Virus record (IMG/VR): IMGVR_UViG_3300028558_000016
Coordinates: 62,001 to 126,000 of that record
Reading direction: 5' to 3' (one strand)
DNA: 64,000 nt
Shown: one piece after another, positions 1-9,531 of the stretch
How positions within the stretch are numbered: position 1 is the first letter of the stretch
Layout of the letters: the number at the start of each line of letters is the position of its first letter
Made by a program: the position numbers and the translations under genes
The notes under the pieces: model-generated
What the model saw: only the letters and a program-made list of their open reading frames with translations
Database searches by the model: none
What the model was told of the DNA's origin: nothing

Positions 1-1
1 G

Positions 2-208
2 TTAGAAGGAATCAACGTATTCGTCAATAACACTTGCATCAAGGAACAAGAAATCACACCTTACAGAAAGCTTGCTGAAGAATATGGGTATAAAACCTAT
101 GTCATTGTAGTTGAAAACAGACACGGAGGAACTAACCAACACGGCGTGCCTGAAGCAAAACTCCAAGAGATGGAGAGAAACCTAAAGAACAGCATAAAAC
201 TTAGATAA
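2..208 (+). CDS. 3' end of AAA_33/polynucleotide-kinase-like P-loop protein (partial)
   Basis: Frame 2 open from the window edge: ...VNNTCIKEQEITPYRKLAEEYGY..VENRHGGTNQHGVPEAKLQEM; NT and HGVP motifs typical of this family. Confidence 0.6.
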   Translation, partial: LEGINVFVNNTCIKEQEITPYRKLAEEYGYKTYVIVVENRHGGTNQHGVPEAKLQEMERNLKNSIKLR

Positions 209-237
209 AAGACCGGCATTGTTTGCCGGTTTTTTTG
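207..237 (+). terminator. intrinsic terminator
   Basis: GACCGGCA-ttgtt-TGCCGGTT followed by a T tract. Confidence 0.8.
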
Positions 238-249
238 TATATTTATATC

Positions 250-498
250 ATGAAAAATGATAAAAGCGATATTCTTTTTTCTTTTATTCTTGGATGTTTT
301 ATAACCATGATCATCTTAGCATGGACATCATGTAAACCAAAGCCAGAATTTTACATTAATGGAAAACCGTATTACACAAGAAGCGTTTGCGTCGAAAGCC
401 ATCTTGAATTAAAATTCATGGGTGAACCAACGTTTGAAACAGAATGCGACAAATACAAAATTGATACAATTGAAATTAAACCAGAATGCCTGAAGTAG
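250..498 (+). CDS. putative lipoprotein/membrane protein
   Basis: ATG at 250; basic N-terminus, hydrophobic stretch, then TSC lipobox-like Cys. Confidence 0.55.
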   Translation: MKNDKSDILFSFILGCFITMIILAWTSCKPKPEFYINGKPYYTRSVCVESHLELKFMGEPTFETECDKYKIDTIEIKPECLK

Positions 499-782
499 TA
501 GGAATATGTCCGATATGTGAAAGAGAAATGTGGAAGGGACCAACCATCGACAAGCATCACTTTACTCCAAAGTGTAGAGGTGGAAAAGAATCAGAATATC
601 TACACAAGATATGTCACAGAAAAATCCATTCAATATGGACTGAGAAGGAATTAGAAAAAGAATTCAACGATCCAAACAAAGTAATAGCTCACCCTGAAAT
701 GGAGAAATTCATTGCGTGGGTTCAAAAGAAGGATCCTGAATTCATGGATAAGAACGAACAACATAACAGAAAGAAAAGATGA
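486..782 (+). CDS. small HNH endonuclease
   Basis: CPIC...HHFTPKCRGG...HKICHRKIH. Confidence 0.8.
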   Translation: MPEVVGICPICEREMWKGPTIDKHHFTPKCRGGKESEYLHKICHRKIHSIWTEKELEKEFNDPNKVIAHPEMEKFIAWVQKKDPEFMDKNEQHNRKKR

Positions 783-1174
783 CAAAGAAACCGCCAATAA
801 CAAGCTACAAGATAAAGTGGATGGACAAGCCTGAAGCACACAACTATCCTGCAGCAGAATCTTATCTTGGATTAATTTATACTGCTGTGGAAGCAAAGAA
901 ATTGTCCAAGGATTTGAAATCAAAGAAAGTAACCTACTTTAAAGCAAAGGACATATTCAGAGCTTCCAAATTATCTCTGCTTGGAATAAGCAACTCACAC
1001 GTCGAAAAGAATTATAAGAAGATTCGTGATGGAGAAAAGATTTCACCAATACTGCTTGTGAGAGATCGCAAAAACAGAATATTGATCGTGGCTGACGGTT
1101 ACCACAGGATGTGCGCAGTGTATCATTATGACGAAGATGTTTTAATACCATGCCAAATAACAAACGGAAAATGA
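779..1174 (+). CDS. ParB/Srx-like N-terminal domain protein
   Basis: PILLVR...IVADGYHR motif. Confidence 0.6.
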   Translation: MTKKPPITSYKIKWMDKPEAHNYPAAESYLGLIYTAVEAKKLSKDLKSKKVTYFKAKDIFRASKLSLLGISNSHVEKNYKKIRDGEKISPILLVRDRKNRILIVADGYHRMCAVYHYDEDVLIPCQITNGK

Positions 1175-1932
1175 AAGATAAAAACGTAATAGAAATTAAG
1201 CCTCCGGCAATGTTAGGAAAATCAAAAGAGAGATTTGACATTTTTCTTGCAGGCTCAATAGAGAACGGAAAAGCAGAACCATGGCAAGAAGCATTGGTGC
1301 AAGAGTTAGAAAAAACAGTTAAGAGACCAATAGGAATATTCAATCCTCGAAGAGAAGATTGGGATCCTACATGGAAAGAAGGAAGCAAGGAATTGATTAA
1401 CCAAATAGAATGGGAAGTTGAACGTCTCGAACAATCGGATTTGATCGTAATGTATTTACAACCTGGAACAATCTCTCCAATCTCTCTTTGGGAGCTTGGT
1501 TGCTTCTGTAAAGATGTTTATGCAATGAGAAAAAGAATGATTGTTTTATGTCCTTCTGGATTTCATAGAAAAACAAACGTAGATGTTTACTGTCAATATT
1601 TTGACATCACAATGGCTAAGGACATGAAAGATCTTATTAAAAAGACGAAGCAAGAAATAAAAGATTGGGATCCGACGCTTGATGATAAGATGCATGAATT
1701 AGGTAAAAAAATTGCTGAACTCAGTACAAACACAAAAATAAAAGAACTGAAGAAATCTCTCAAAGAGTCAAGAAAGGATTACAACAAAGCAATGGAGATT
1801 TCGTTTCAAACAAGTGAAGAGAATAATTCCCTCAAAAAAGAAATAGAGAAGCTCAAAGGAGAGAAAAAGAAAATATATTTAAGATCTCAAAAACAAGTCA
1901 CCGAAATTCAAGAATTAAAAAAGAAGAAATAA
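1171..1932 (+). CDS. nucleoside 2-deoxyribosyltransferase-like protein with C-terminal coiled coil
   Basis: IFLAGSI, FNPRR..W, QIEWE, SPISLWELG motifs; start moved to the ATG overlapping the upstream stop. Confidence 0.8.
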   Translation: MKDKNVIEIKPPAMLGKSKERFDIFLAGSIENGKAEPWQEALVQELEKTVKRPIGIFNPRREDWDPTWKEGSKELINQIEWEVERLEQSDLIVMYLQPGTISPISLWELGCFCKDVYAMRKRMIVLCPSGFHRKTNVDVYCQYFDITMAKDMKDLIKKTKQEIKDWDPTLDDKMHELGKKIAELSTNTKIKELKKSLKESRKDYNKAMEISFQTSEENNSLKKEIEKLKGEKKKIYLRSQKQVTEIQELKKKK

Positions 1933-2330
1933 TGGAATTCAAATTACCAAGCGAATGCATGGAGTGCAAGACTCCTATAACAAATCAAGGACACGTAAAA
2001 TGTCTTGAATGCGAACAACCATGTGAACCGTTTGCCTTAAATCAAGAAGACCTTGATAATTTGCCTGAAGGCGAAATGACTGGACTCGATGTTAAAAGCA
2101 AATGCTGCAAGGCAGATGTAGAAATGGTAAACGTGAGAGCGACATGTTCAAAAGAATGTCATGAGAAGACTTATCTTAAAATGGAAAAGTCAATGGGTGA
2201 ATTCATTTATGATTATGATCCTGAAGGAGTATTAAGAAAAATTCCGACAAGAGACATTTTCGAAAAAGGTGGTTTAACCATGGACGAACTAAGAGCTTAC
2301 CCAAAAGCAGAAATACAAGGAGAAGCATAA
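1932..2330 (+). CDS. Cys-rich (Zn-binding) hypothetical protein
   Basis: CxxC, CxxC, CC and CSKEC motifs; translationally coupled. Confidence 0.55.
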   Translation: MEFKLPSECMECKTPITNQGHVKCLECEQPCEPFALNQEDLDNLPEGEMTGLDVKSKCCKADVEMVNVRATCSKECHEKTYLKMEKSMGEFIYDYDPEGVLRKIPTRDIFEKGGLTMDELRAYPKAEIQGEA

Positions 2331-2342
2331 AACACAATAATT

Positions 2343-2600
2343 ATGGAAAAACAATTAAAAACATCTTTCACAGACGTGAAAGAAGGCGACACAGTGATTC
2401 GCATGCTCGGAGGAAAAATTCCGATGGAGCTCATAGTAGGAAGAGTGGATGATACATTCATCTACACAAAATCTCCTGACGGCAAAGTAAAATTGTCTGA
2501 AGGCTGGAAATTCAGAAGAGACAACGGTGCTGAAGTTGATGCAGATCTTGGATGGGATGGAATAACTAAAACTGGTTCTTATTTAAAATCAATCAAATGA
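2343..2600 (+). CDS. hypothetical protein
   Basis: ORF in operon context. Confidence 0.6.
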   Translation: MEKQLKTSFTDVKEGDTVIRMLGGKIPMELIVGRVDDTFIYTKSPDGKVKLSEGWKFRRDNGAEVDADLGWDGITKTGSYLKSIK

Positions 2601-3148
2601 ACATAATACTATTTGGCCCTCCTGGGTCTGGAAAAGGAACTCAAGCGGAAAAACTTGCAAAGAAACATAATCTCGTTCACATGTCTACCGGAGACATAAT
2701 GAGAGAAGAAAAAGAAAAAGGAACTGAACTTGGAAAAAAGTTGGACCTTGGTTCTGGCAAGCTCGTTGATGACGAGACTGTTCTCGCGTTAGTAGAAAAT
2801 AAAATAAAAGAAGTCTATAGAACACATCCAAAGGATGTTGGATTCGTATTTGATGGATTTCCAAGAACAATAGAACAAGCAATATCGCTAAACCAAATGA
2901 TCGACATTGACAAAGTAATTCTACTAATGGTCAAAGACGACGAGGTGACAAGGAGAATTATAGAACGTGGAAAGAAATCTGGACGGCCAGATGACAATCC
3001 TGAAGCCATCAAAAAGAGACTTATTGAATACACTGAGAAGACTTATCCAATGAAACAGATGTATAGTCTTGAAGGAAAACTCTCAGTCATTAATGGTGCA
3101 ATGGATGTTGATGGAGTTTTTGATGCAATATGTAAAGCAATATCATGA
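2597..3148 (+). CDS. adk: adenylate kinase (short LID)
   Basis: GPPGSGKGTQA, STGDIMR, FDGFPRT, RPDD. Confidence 0.95.
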   Translation: MNIILFGPPGSGKGTQAEKLAKKHNLVHMSTGDIMREEKEKGTELGKKLDLGSGKLVDDETVLALVENKIKEVYRTHPKDVGFVFDGFPRTIEQAISLNQMIDIDKVILLMVKDDEVTRRIIERGKKSGRPDDNPEAIKKRLIEYTEKTYPMKQMYSLEGKLSVINGAMDVDGVFDAICKAIS

Positions 3149-3627
3149 TAACAAAAATTATATCAGGCGGTCAAACCGGTGCGGATCAAGGTGGATTGAA
3201 AGCTGCCAAGAGATATGGAATTGAAACTGGAGGACATTGCCCAAAGGGAGGTCTTACAGAAGATGGCAACAATCCAAACTTGATGAAGGTGTTCGGGCTC
3301 ATTGAAACCACCTCAGACAAATATCCTGCAAGGACATTTGAGAATGCTAAAAACAGCGATGGGACAATAAGATTTGCACACGATTTTAATTCAAGAGGAG
3401 AACTATTGACGCTTAAAGCAATCAACCAATATAACAAACCTCACATTGATGTGAATGTTTCTGCCAATCACCAAACAACACCTAAGATGGTTGCTGACTG
3501 GATAATCAATAACAAAATAAGCGTATTGAATGTTGCAGGAAACAGAGAGTCAACATGCGAAGGATTAGAACAATTCGTTATTGAATTTTTAAGAGAAGTC
3601 ATTAGCCTAACTAATTATGGAAACTAA
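3145..3627 (+). CDS. SLOG-family 'putative molybdenum carrier' protein
   Basis: IISGGQTGAD, RT..N...SDGT, LNVAGNRES. Confidence 0.85.
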   Translation: MITKIISGGQTGADQGGLKAAKRYGIETGGHCPKGGLTEDGNNPNLMKVFGLIETTSDKYPARTFENAKNSDGTIRFAHDFNSRGELLTLKAINQYNKPHIDVNVSANHQTTPKMVADWIINNKISVLNVAGNRESTCEGLEQFVIEFLREVISLTNYGN

Positions 3628-3724
3628 AGAGATATACGTGCTCATAGCAATATTCGTCGGAAGTGTATTAGTTTGCATGATCCCTCGATATAAAAAGAAA
3701 AACAAAGATGCTGATAAAAAGTAG
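3617..3724 (+). CDS. small single-TM protein (35 aa)
   Basis: METKEIYVLIAIFVGSVLVCMIPRYKKKNK...; fills the gap between coupled ORFs. Confidence 0.5.
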   Translation: METKEIYVLIAIFVGSVLVCMIPRYKKKNKDADKK

Positions 3725-4025
3725 CAGAACCATTAAATTCTTTGAATTCATTTTGAGAATGAAGATAGGTGGAATTGCAATATTCCCTTTCATCTTCGTT
3801 CCCAATAATGCATTTGTGACCAAACGACTTTTAAATCATGAGAGGATTCATCTCAGACAACAGATAGAAATGCTTGTCATTCCATTTTACATCGTCTACC
3901 TTTGGGAGTTCTTCACAAAGGGCTACATGAACGTCTCATTCGAGAAAGAAGCTTATGCTAACGACAAGAACTTAGAATACCTTAAGACGAGAAAGATGTT
4001 TGAGTCATTTAGATCTTACTTATAA
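3708..4025 (+). CDS. HExxH zincin-like small protein
   Basis: LLNHERIHLRQQ...SFEKEAY. Confidence 0.65.
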   Translation: MLIKSSRTIKFFEFILRMKIGGIAIFPFIFVPNNAFVTKRLLNHERIHLRQQIEMLVIPFYIVYLWEFFTKGYMNVSFEKEAYANDKNLEYLKTRKMFESFRSYL

Positions 4026-4608
4026 ACTCTCTGATCCTGTTCTCAACGAACTTGGATTTGTTTATTGCCATCCTATCAGATATTTCCAAAAACTGTTCGT
4101 ACACATCTTCGTCAATGGTAAAAGTCACAGTCTTCTTTCCAGGATTAAATTCAGCATATCTCAAATCCCATCCAAGCGATTTATTAAACCTCTCCACAGG
4201 TCTTATCTCATATACGTAAATATATTTCGATTTAAAACCTCCACCTATTTGTAATGGTGCATCAAAATCATTCAAAGAATGTATTCGACGTGTCTTCAAC
4301 TCAATAAATTTTTTGGTGACATCTAAATCAGGAGCAACTATTGTTCCAGTGTCAGTAGATACCCAGAATGTTGGAGCATCAACGATCGTTATAACCTTTC
4401 CAGGTAATAAGCGTTTAAAGAAAGTCTCGAACGTTGATTTATTTAATTGGATATGTTCTGGATCGAAACCAACCTCAGAAAAAATCCATTCAAATGCTTC
4501 TTGTCTTGGATCATCGTAATGCGCTTTATCTGTTTTCTCTTCGGTTTTCTCAAAGGAGGAAGGTCCAGCGACTACTCTTCCAATTCCAGAACGTTTATTG
4601 TTTGCCAT
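4009..4608 (-). CDS. hypothetical protein with C-terminal ribbon-helix-helix-like DNA-binding domain
   Basis: KKTVTFTIDEDVYEQF...INKSKFVENRIREF; two TATAAATA motifs upstream (4611-4628). Confidence 0.6.
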   Translation of the reverse strand: MANNKRSGIGRVVAGPSSFEKTEEKTDKAHYDDPRQEAFEWIFSEVGFDPEHIQLNKSTFETFFKRLLPGKVITIVDAPTFWVSTDTGTIVAPDLDVTKKFIELKTRRIHSLNDFDAPLQIGGGFKSKYIYVYEIRPVERFNKSLGWDLRYAEFNPGKKTVTFTIDEDVYEQFLEISDRMAINKSKFVENRIREFISKI

Positions 4609-4667
4609 AATATTTATATTTATTTATATTTTATATCATGACTCTTTCCATTTGTTTCAAATTAACG

Positions 4668-4703
4668 TAAAAAAGAAAGCCCCGACTGAGTCGAGGCTTC
4701 TTA
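4668..4703 (-). terminator. intrinsic terminator after major capsid gene
   Basis: AAGCCTCGAC-tca-GTCGGGGCTT followed by a T-rich tract on the minus strand. Confidence 0.8.
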
Positions 4704-4727
4704 TTACTTGTCTTATTAGGAGATCGA

Positions 4728-6251
4728 TTAAACGATTAATCCAGAAGAAGGAAGCGTGATCGAGAACGTGAAGTACATAGTTTCTGGGTGGAAACCTGCA
4801 AGTACTAAAGCGTATCTTGATTTTACCGCGATCTTTGGAGACATAGTACCTTCAGAGATAGTCTGGATAGACTCAGCCATCATGTATGGCATGAATTTAA
4901 TTCCAGGTTCGTCATCAGCACCTTTTCTACCTACAAGAACTCTTGTGTCATTCCATTTCATGTTTTGATCAACATAAACTGTCATTCCAGCAAGTGAACC
5001 AACTGGGTAAAGCGATCCGTTATTCTGCGATGCAGTGTTAGCGAATGGAGCTGTTACGAATTGGCTGATGTCTTGGATAGCAGTAGCGATTTGCGAGTTA
5101 CAAACTACGTAGTTTGCAGGACCTCTTCTACCTCTGTTAGCAACAACGTTAGCTGCAGCTAAAATTCTCGAGAAGATTCTTCTTTGGAATGTAGCTTGGT
5201 TTTCGTATGTTCCTACGGTTGGTAAAGCAGCGAGGTTTAAGTTCAACGACTGACCTTCGTTCGCAGCGAAGTTTGTCGAGTTCGTAGCTCCTTGAGTAAA
5301 CGCAGTCGACAAGATGTGCTTGTTGATCGACTGAGAGATCTCATTAACCAATGCGTTCTCAACCATGGAAACCACGTCGATACCGAATTGTTTGTTAAGA
5401 TCCTGAATTTGCTCAGTAGTTACAGAAGCAGCAACCTGGTAGGTCTTAGCTTCTACGAACTTAGTGAAAGTCTTCAGACCCATAGATCTGTAGTAAGTGC
5501 TCTCACCTGTTTCTCTGGTCATTGGACCGTCGTTACCTGTTGAGGTAGCGAAAGGACCTTCCCAGTTGTCTGTGTCAGAGTCACCAGCACCTGTAAACCC
5601 TTGGATATGGTCTTCCAATGCAGGAACTAAAGACGCAGCTACTGTTAACGGAATAGTTGCTAAAGCATCATCCGTTAAAGTGTAGGCAGAACCTACAGCG
5701 AATACAGTTGCAACTGTCAAAGTCGTCGGAGTTGAAGCCGTGATTCTGAAAATTGGGAAACCGTCAATTCTTGACTTACCTACAAACACAAGTGACATGT
5801 TGTTACCACCGTTTGCTGCAGTGTACGTAGTACCTACAGTATAAGTTCCAGTGATACCAGCTTTAATCACAAGCGGTTGAGTTGCCGAGTTCAACTGACC
5901 ACCACCATATACATAGTCAAGGTAAGTTAAAACTCCCGTTGGACCTGGCATAGGGATAACCGGAACGATGTCAAAACCAACAGTCTTCGCAGCTACCTGA
6001 ATAGCTAAAGGAAGTAAAGATGGAAATTTGTCACCAGAACCTGAAGCTGTTCTTGTAGGAGCAACTGGTTGGCCTTGGAATCCTGCTAAACCTGTTAAGG
6101 TTTGGTAAGCAGTAGATGAACTTTCGTTCAATGAGTGGTAGTGGCAGTACTTAGAAAGCCATTCCACTTTGTTAGGATCTTTGATAGAGGTTTTGCTCTC
6201 GATGATCGGAGACCAGTTATCGAAGATCTCTTGTTCGTTAATCATTTTCAT
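4728..6251 (-). CDS. major capsid protein (T4 gp23-like)
   Basis: W.PI.E N-terminus, VPVIPMPGPTG, TTEQIQDL...GID, RRGPANYVV, PY...PKIAVKSRYAL. Confidence 0.95.
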   Translation of the reverse strand: MKMINEQEIFDNWSPIIESKTSIKDPNKVEWLSKYCHYHSLNESSSTAYQTLTGLAGFQGQPVAPTRTASGSGDKFPSLLPLAIQVAAKTVGFDIVPVIPMPGPTGVLTYLDYVYGGGQLNSATQPLVIKAGITGTYTVGTTYTAANGGNNMSLVFVGKSRIDGFPIFRITASTPTTLTVATVFAVGSAYTLTDDALATIPLTVAASLVPALEDHIQGFTGAGDSDTDNWEGPFATSTGNDGPMTRETGESTYYRSMGLKTFTKFVEAKTYQVAASVTTEQIQDLNKQFGIDVVSMVENALVNEISQSINKHILSTAFTQGATNSTNFAANEGQSLNLNLAALPTVGTYENQATFQRRIFSRILAAANVVANRGRRGPANYVVCNSQIATAIQDISQFVTAPFANTASQNNGSLYPVGSLAGMTVYVDQNMKWNDTRVLVGRKGADDEPGIKFMPYMMAESIQTISEGTMSPKIAVKSRYALVLAGFHPETMYFTFSITLPSSGLIV

Positions 6252-6282
6252 TTTAGAAAAGAGATTTTTTTGGTTGTTGTTT

Positions 6283-8328
6283 TTACTTCTTGAAACGCTT
6301 TGCTAACTCATCAGCTACTCCCGCCATGTAGTCATTAGAATACCCTGACATGTTCGGTTTTGCGGCATTAGCTGCTGTTTCGTTCTCGTTCAGTCTGATA
6401 AGTCCCACAGTTTTTTCCTTGTTTATCCCTGGTCTTGTAGCCCAGAAGTTGTTGATCTGGTAAGCTGTATCAAGTTTCCTTAACTTGCTCGCAGATATAA
6501 TTCCTTCTTGTTCTGCAACACTCATAGATTCCCAGATTGGTTTGTACTTTTCTGGCATCTCAGTGATGAACTTCGGTTCTGTTACGACTTTCTCTTCTAA
6601 AGCTGCATCCCATTTTTTGATGACATCAACTTCCGAGAAGTAAGCGCCGTTTTCCAACGCCTTAACGACCTTTTCTTTCTTGGTCTCGTCGAGAGTTACA
6701 AATTCTTTTCTTTTGTCTTCGTTAAGAAGCTTGTAGAAAGCGTATTTGCTCTCATTCAAATTTGAAGCTGTTTTCTGATTTTTAACAGTTTCAAGCAATG
6801 AATTTATTTTCGTGGTTAATGTTGAATAATCAACTTTAACAGTTTCTTTGTTTTCGTTTACCTCTGCTTTTGCAACTTCCGGAGTGGTAGTTTTTGGAGC
6901 ATCGATATTAACGTTCTCAGCTATATACTCCGAGTACGCTATGTTTTTCTCAATTTTTTCAGCTAAATATTCAGAATATGTAATTCCTTTATCTAAAGTT
7001 TCAGAAAGGTATTCTCCATATTCAATGCTTTGATCAACTTTTTCTGCGATATATTCGCTGTAATCAAGGCTCTTATCTAAGTTCTCAGCAAGGTATTCGC
7101 CATAAGCGATTGTTCTGTCTAAGTTCTCAGCTAAGTATTCTCCGTAGGAAATGGCTTTGTCTACGTTCTCTGCAAGATACTCTGCGTAAGAAATTCCTTT
7201 CTCAAGGTTTTCTGCTAAGTAGTTTGCGTAAGTGATACTCTTGTCTAAGTTCTCTGCAAGGTATTCTCCATAAGAGATAGACTTGTCAACGTTCTCAGCT
7301 AAGTATTCGCTGTAAGAAATAGTCTTGTCAAGATTTTCAGCAAGGTATCTCGAATATTCGATAGTCTTGTCTACGTTCTCTGCCAAGTATTCCGAGTATT
7401 GAATGTTCTTGTCTACATTTTCGGCAAGATACTTCATATACTTTTCAATCCTTTCAATTCTTTCTTCAAGAACCGTAACTGTTGAGTTAGCCTCATTTGC
7501 AGTTGCAGGATTTTTAATTTTTTCTTTTAGAGCTTCTAACTCTTTTTTGATGACCTGTGAGTATCCATTAAGATCATCCACAGTTACAAAATCTCTATTA
7601 GCCATTTCTGAGATGTTATTTTTTTCTTGTACTTCCAAAGCCTTTAAAAAAGCACCTTGGTGATTTTCATCTATTCTATATATCCTTACAGATTCAGAAT
7701 TTTCACCAATAACGTTATTTGTTACATCTTCCAATGATTCTGTAACCGTTCCGTTCTTCTTTTCGTTAAATTTCATGTTTACGCTCTCGTAGATTCTCTC
7801 GAGCTCTGCCTGTTCGAAACCAGGGCTTTCAACTAAGTCATACGTAAAGATCTTTTTAATCTGAACTTTTTTATTCTCCTTAACAACACCAGCTGCTCTC
7901 GATGAGATATGTAATGGAACTCCAGCCTTAACCAAGGCTATTGCCATTTCACCTGCAGGGTGTCCTTCAATAAGTCTTATTCTGATTTTTACATGTCTTG
8001 CTTCTTTATCATATTCTAATGCTTCTACAACGTGGGAAGCATTTTTTAGAGATGTTTCGAAGTTTGCAGGGTGATCAAGTTCTCCAAGGAGACTCTTCTT
8101 TGCAATTTTCTTTTGAAGATATTCAAGATGTGGAAGATATTCTGCCTCCTCGTAAATTCTGTGGTTATTATTCTCTTTTCCAAAAACTGCTGCTATTCCT
8201 TCAAGGATATAGCCTTTGCCACCTTCATTCTTGGATTTAACTTCTACATTGGCATCTGACATCCTTTCAAGGACAAAGACCCAATCCTTACCAAATGTTC
8301 CAAGATCGTTATTTTCGTTGTTTTTCAT
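6283..8328 (-). CDS. prohead protease (gp21-like) fused to repeat scaffold domain
   Basis: N.N.RIY, LGELDHP, ISSRAAG, TYDLVESPGF; ATG at 8328 preferred over GTG at 8385. Confidence 0.9.
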   Translation of the reverse strand: MKNNENNDLGTFGKDWVFVLERMSDANVEVKSKNEGGKGYILEGIAAVFGKENNNHRIYEEAEYLPHLEYLQKKIAKKSLLGELDHPANFETSLKNASHVVEALEYDKEARHVKIRIRLIEGHPAGEMAIALVKAGVPLHISSRAAGVVKENKKVQIKKIFTYDLVESPGFEQAELERIYESVNMKFNEKKNGTVTESLEDVTNNVIGENSESVRIYRIDENHQGAFLKALEVQEKNNISEMANRDFVTVDDLNGYSQVIKKELEALKEKIKNPATANEANSTVTVLEERIERIEKYMKYLAENVDKNIQYSEYLAENVDKTIEYSRYLAENLDKTISYSEYLAENVDKSISYGEYLAENLDKSITYANYLAENLEKGISYAEYLAENVDKAISYGEYLAENLDRTIAYGEYLAENLDKSLDYSEYIAEKVDQSIEYGEYLSETLDKGITYSEYLAEKIEKNIAYSEYIAENVNIDAPKTTTPEVAKAEVNENKETVKVDYSTLTTKINSLLETVKNQKTASNLNESKYAFYKLLNEDKRKEFVTLDETKKEKVVKALENGAYFSEVDVIKKWDAALEEKVVTEPKFITEMPEKYKPIWESMSVAEQEGIISASKLRKLDTAYQINNFWATRPGINKEKTVGLIRLNENETAANAAKPNMSGYSNDYMAGVADELAKRFKK
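6904..7449 (-). repeat. 13 tandem 42-bp (14-aa) coding repeats, consensus xIxYSEYLAENxDK
   Basis: Counted directly in the translation. Confidence 0.9.
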
Positions 8329-8486
8329 TGACGCGAATTTAGTTTTTAATGCAGTTTTCAGTTCTCGCTTTTTGTATATATTCACGATTGCGAAAATTTT
8401 TCCTAAAAAATTAAAAATATTAGGAGTCCATCTTTCCTATATATAACTTTCCTTGCGGAAATTATTCAATAGCAACAGATTAAACG

Positions 8487-8518
8487 AAAAAAGCCTGCTT
8501 GTTCAGCAGGCTTAAAAA
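8487..8518 (-). terminator. intrinsic terminator
   Basis: AAGCCTGC..GCAGGCTT hairpin with T tract on the minus strand. Confidence 0.75.
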
Positions 8519-8578
8519 CACGAAAATAATTAATTATTTGTAATAGAAAATGGAAAATGAATCCAAACAGTTAGTATA

Positions 8579-9229
8579 TTACTTGTTTGAAAAAATGTAG
8601 ATTGTATTTTTGTCTCTATTCATGGATCTTGAAACGAGCCAAGGGAATTGATACATCTTCACTGGATATTTAGACAGTATAGGTTTTAATGGATGGCCTG
8701 TTGAGTTTGTGTGATTTCCAACATGAATGTATTTCTCAACACCATTCTCAAATAATAATTCCTCTTGAACGCCATACATATTTCCTGCAGTCATTCCTTC
8801 TTCAAACTTATGAGTAACCCAACAAGCAACAACAGTTTTTGGTTTATATTTTTCTACTGCACTTATTGCGTCCAATTCCTCGATGTCACTTCCATAAGTT
8901 ATCACAGGCTGTCTTGAAAGTGCATACATCAATTTTATGTCATCCCAAGTCTGCATTAAGTTGTCAGTCATCCTTATCCCAAGAGAACGTCCTATGCAAC
9001 CATTGCCTGAACCAATCTCAATCACAGAGGACTCACCAATCTCATTCTTAAGGAAATCTATAAGCTCAGTGGTAGGTAGTTGATACAACGCGTGCTTGTG
9101 ACAGAACAGCGATAAAGATTCTTGGGAAAATCCTTTCAATGAATCAAAAGGTACAGGAATTATTTTCCCGTCTTTAATCATCAAGGATTCAATTGGAGAG
9201 AGATCGATTTTATTATTTAATACCATCAT
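8579..9229 (-). CDS. SAM-dependent methyltransferase-like protein
   Basis: VIEIGSGNGCIGR motif I. Confidence 0.55.
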   Translation of the reverse strand: MMVLNNKIDLSPIESLMIKDGKIIPVPFDSLKGFSQESLSLFCHKHALYQLPTTELIDFLKNEIGESSVIEIGSGNGCIGRSLGIRMTDNLMQTWDDIKLMYALSRQPVITYGSDIEELDAISAVEKYKPKTVVACWVTHKFEEGMTAGNMYGVQEELLFENGVEKYIHVGNHTNSTGHPLKPILSKYPVKMYQFPWLVSRSMNRDKNTIYIFSNK

Positions 9230-9453
9230 TGGAATGCAGGATTTATTTCAAATTTATTTTCTTTTATTGCAGAAATAATCTTGGTCTGTTTTTCTTTTTC
9301 AAGATCTTCAAATGGAAAATCCATTCCTTCATTGATACAAAACACTTCTCCTTTAAATGTATAAATGCCATAAGCATCTACATACTTATCGCCAAAAATA
9401 ACTACAGCTGGATCAGTATGGTTCTTACCAAATTTTTCGATTAATTCTTTCAT
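9226..9453 (-). CDS. hypothetical protein
   Basis: ORF coupled to the downstream gene. Confidence 0.55.
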   Translation of the reverse strand: MKELIEKFGKNHTDPAVVIFGDKYVDAYGIYTFKGEVFCINEGMDFPFEDLEKEKQTKIISAIKENKFEINPAFQ

Positions 9454-9481
9454 ATCGTAAATATACCAATAATTTTTGAAT

Positions 9482-9513
9482 AAAAAAAGGCCTGAATTTC
9501 TTCAGGCCTTTTT
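9482..9513. terminator. intrinsic terminator (symmetric)
   Basis: AAAAAGGCCTGAA-tttc-TTCAGGCCTTTTT. Confidence 0.85.
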
Positions 9514-9531
9514 ATAGAGATTGAGTTTTGG

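Noticed and set aside
6904-7449. 42-bp periodic DNA as CRISPR or non-coding repeat
   Set aside because: In-frame coding repeats varying mainly at synonymous positions; no spacers
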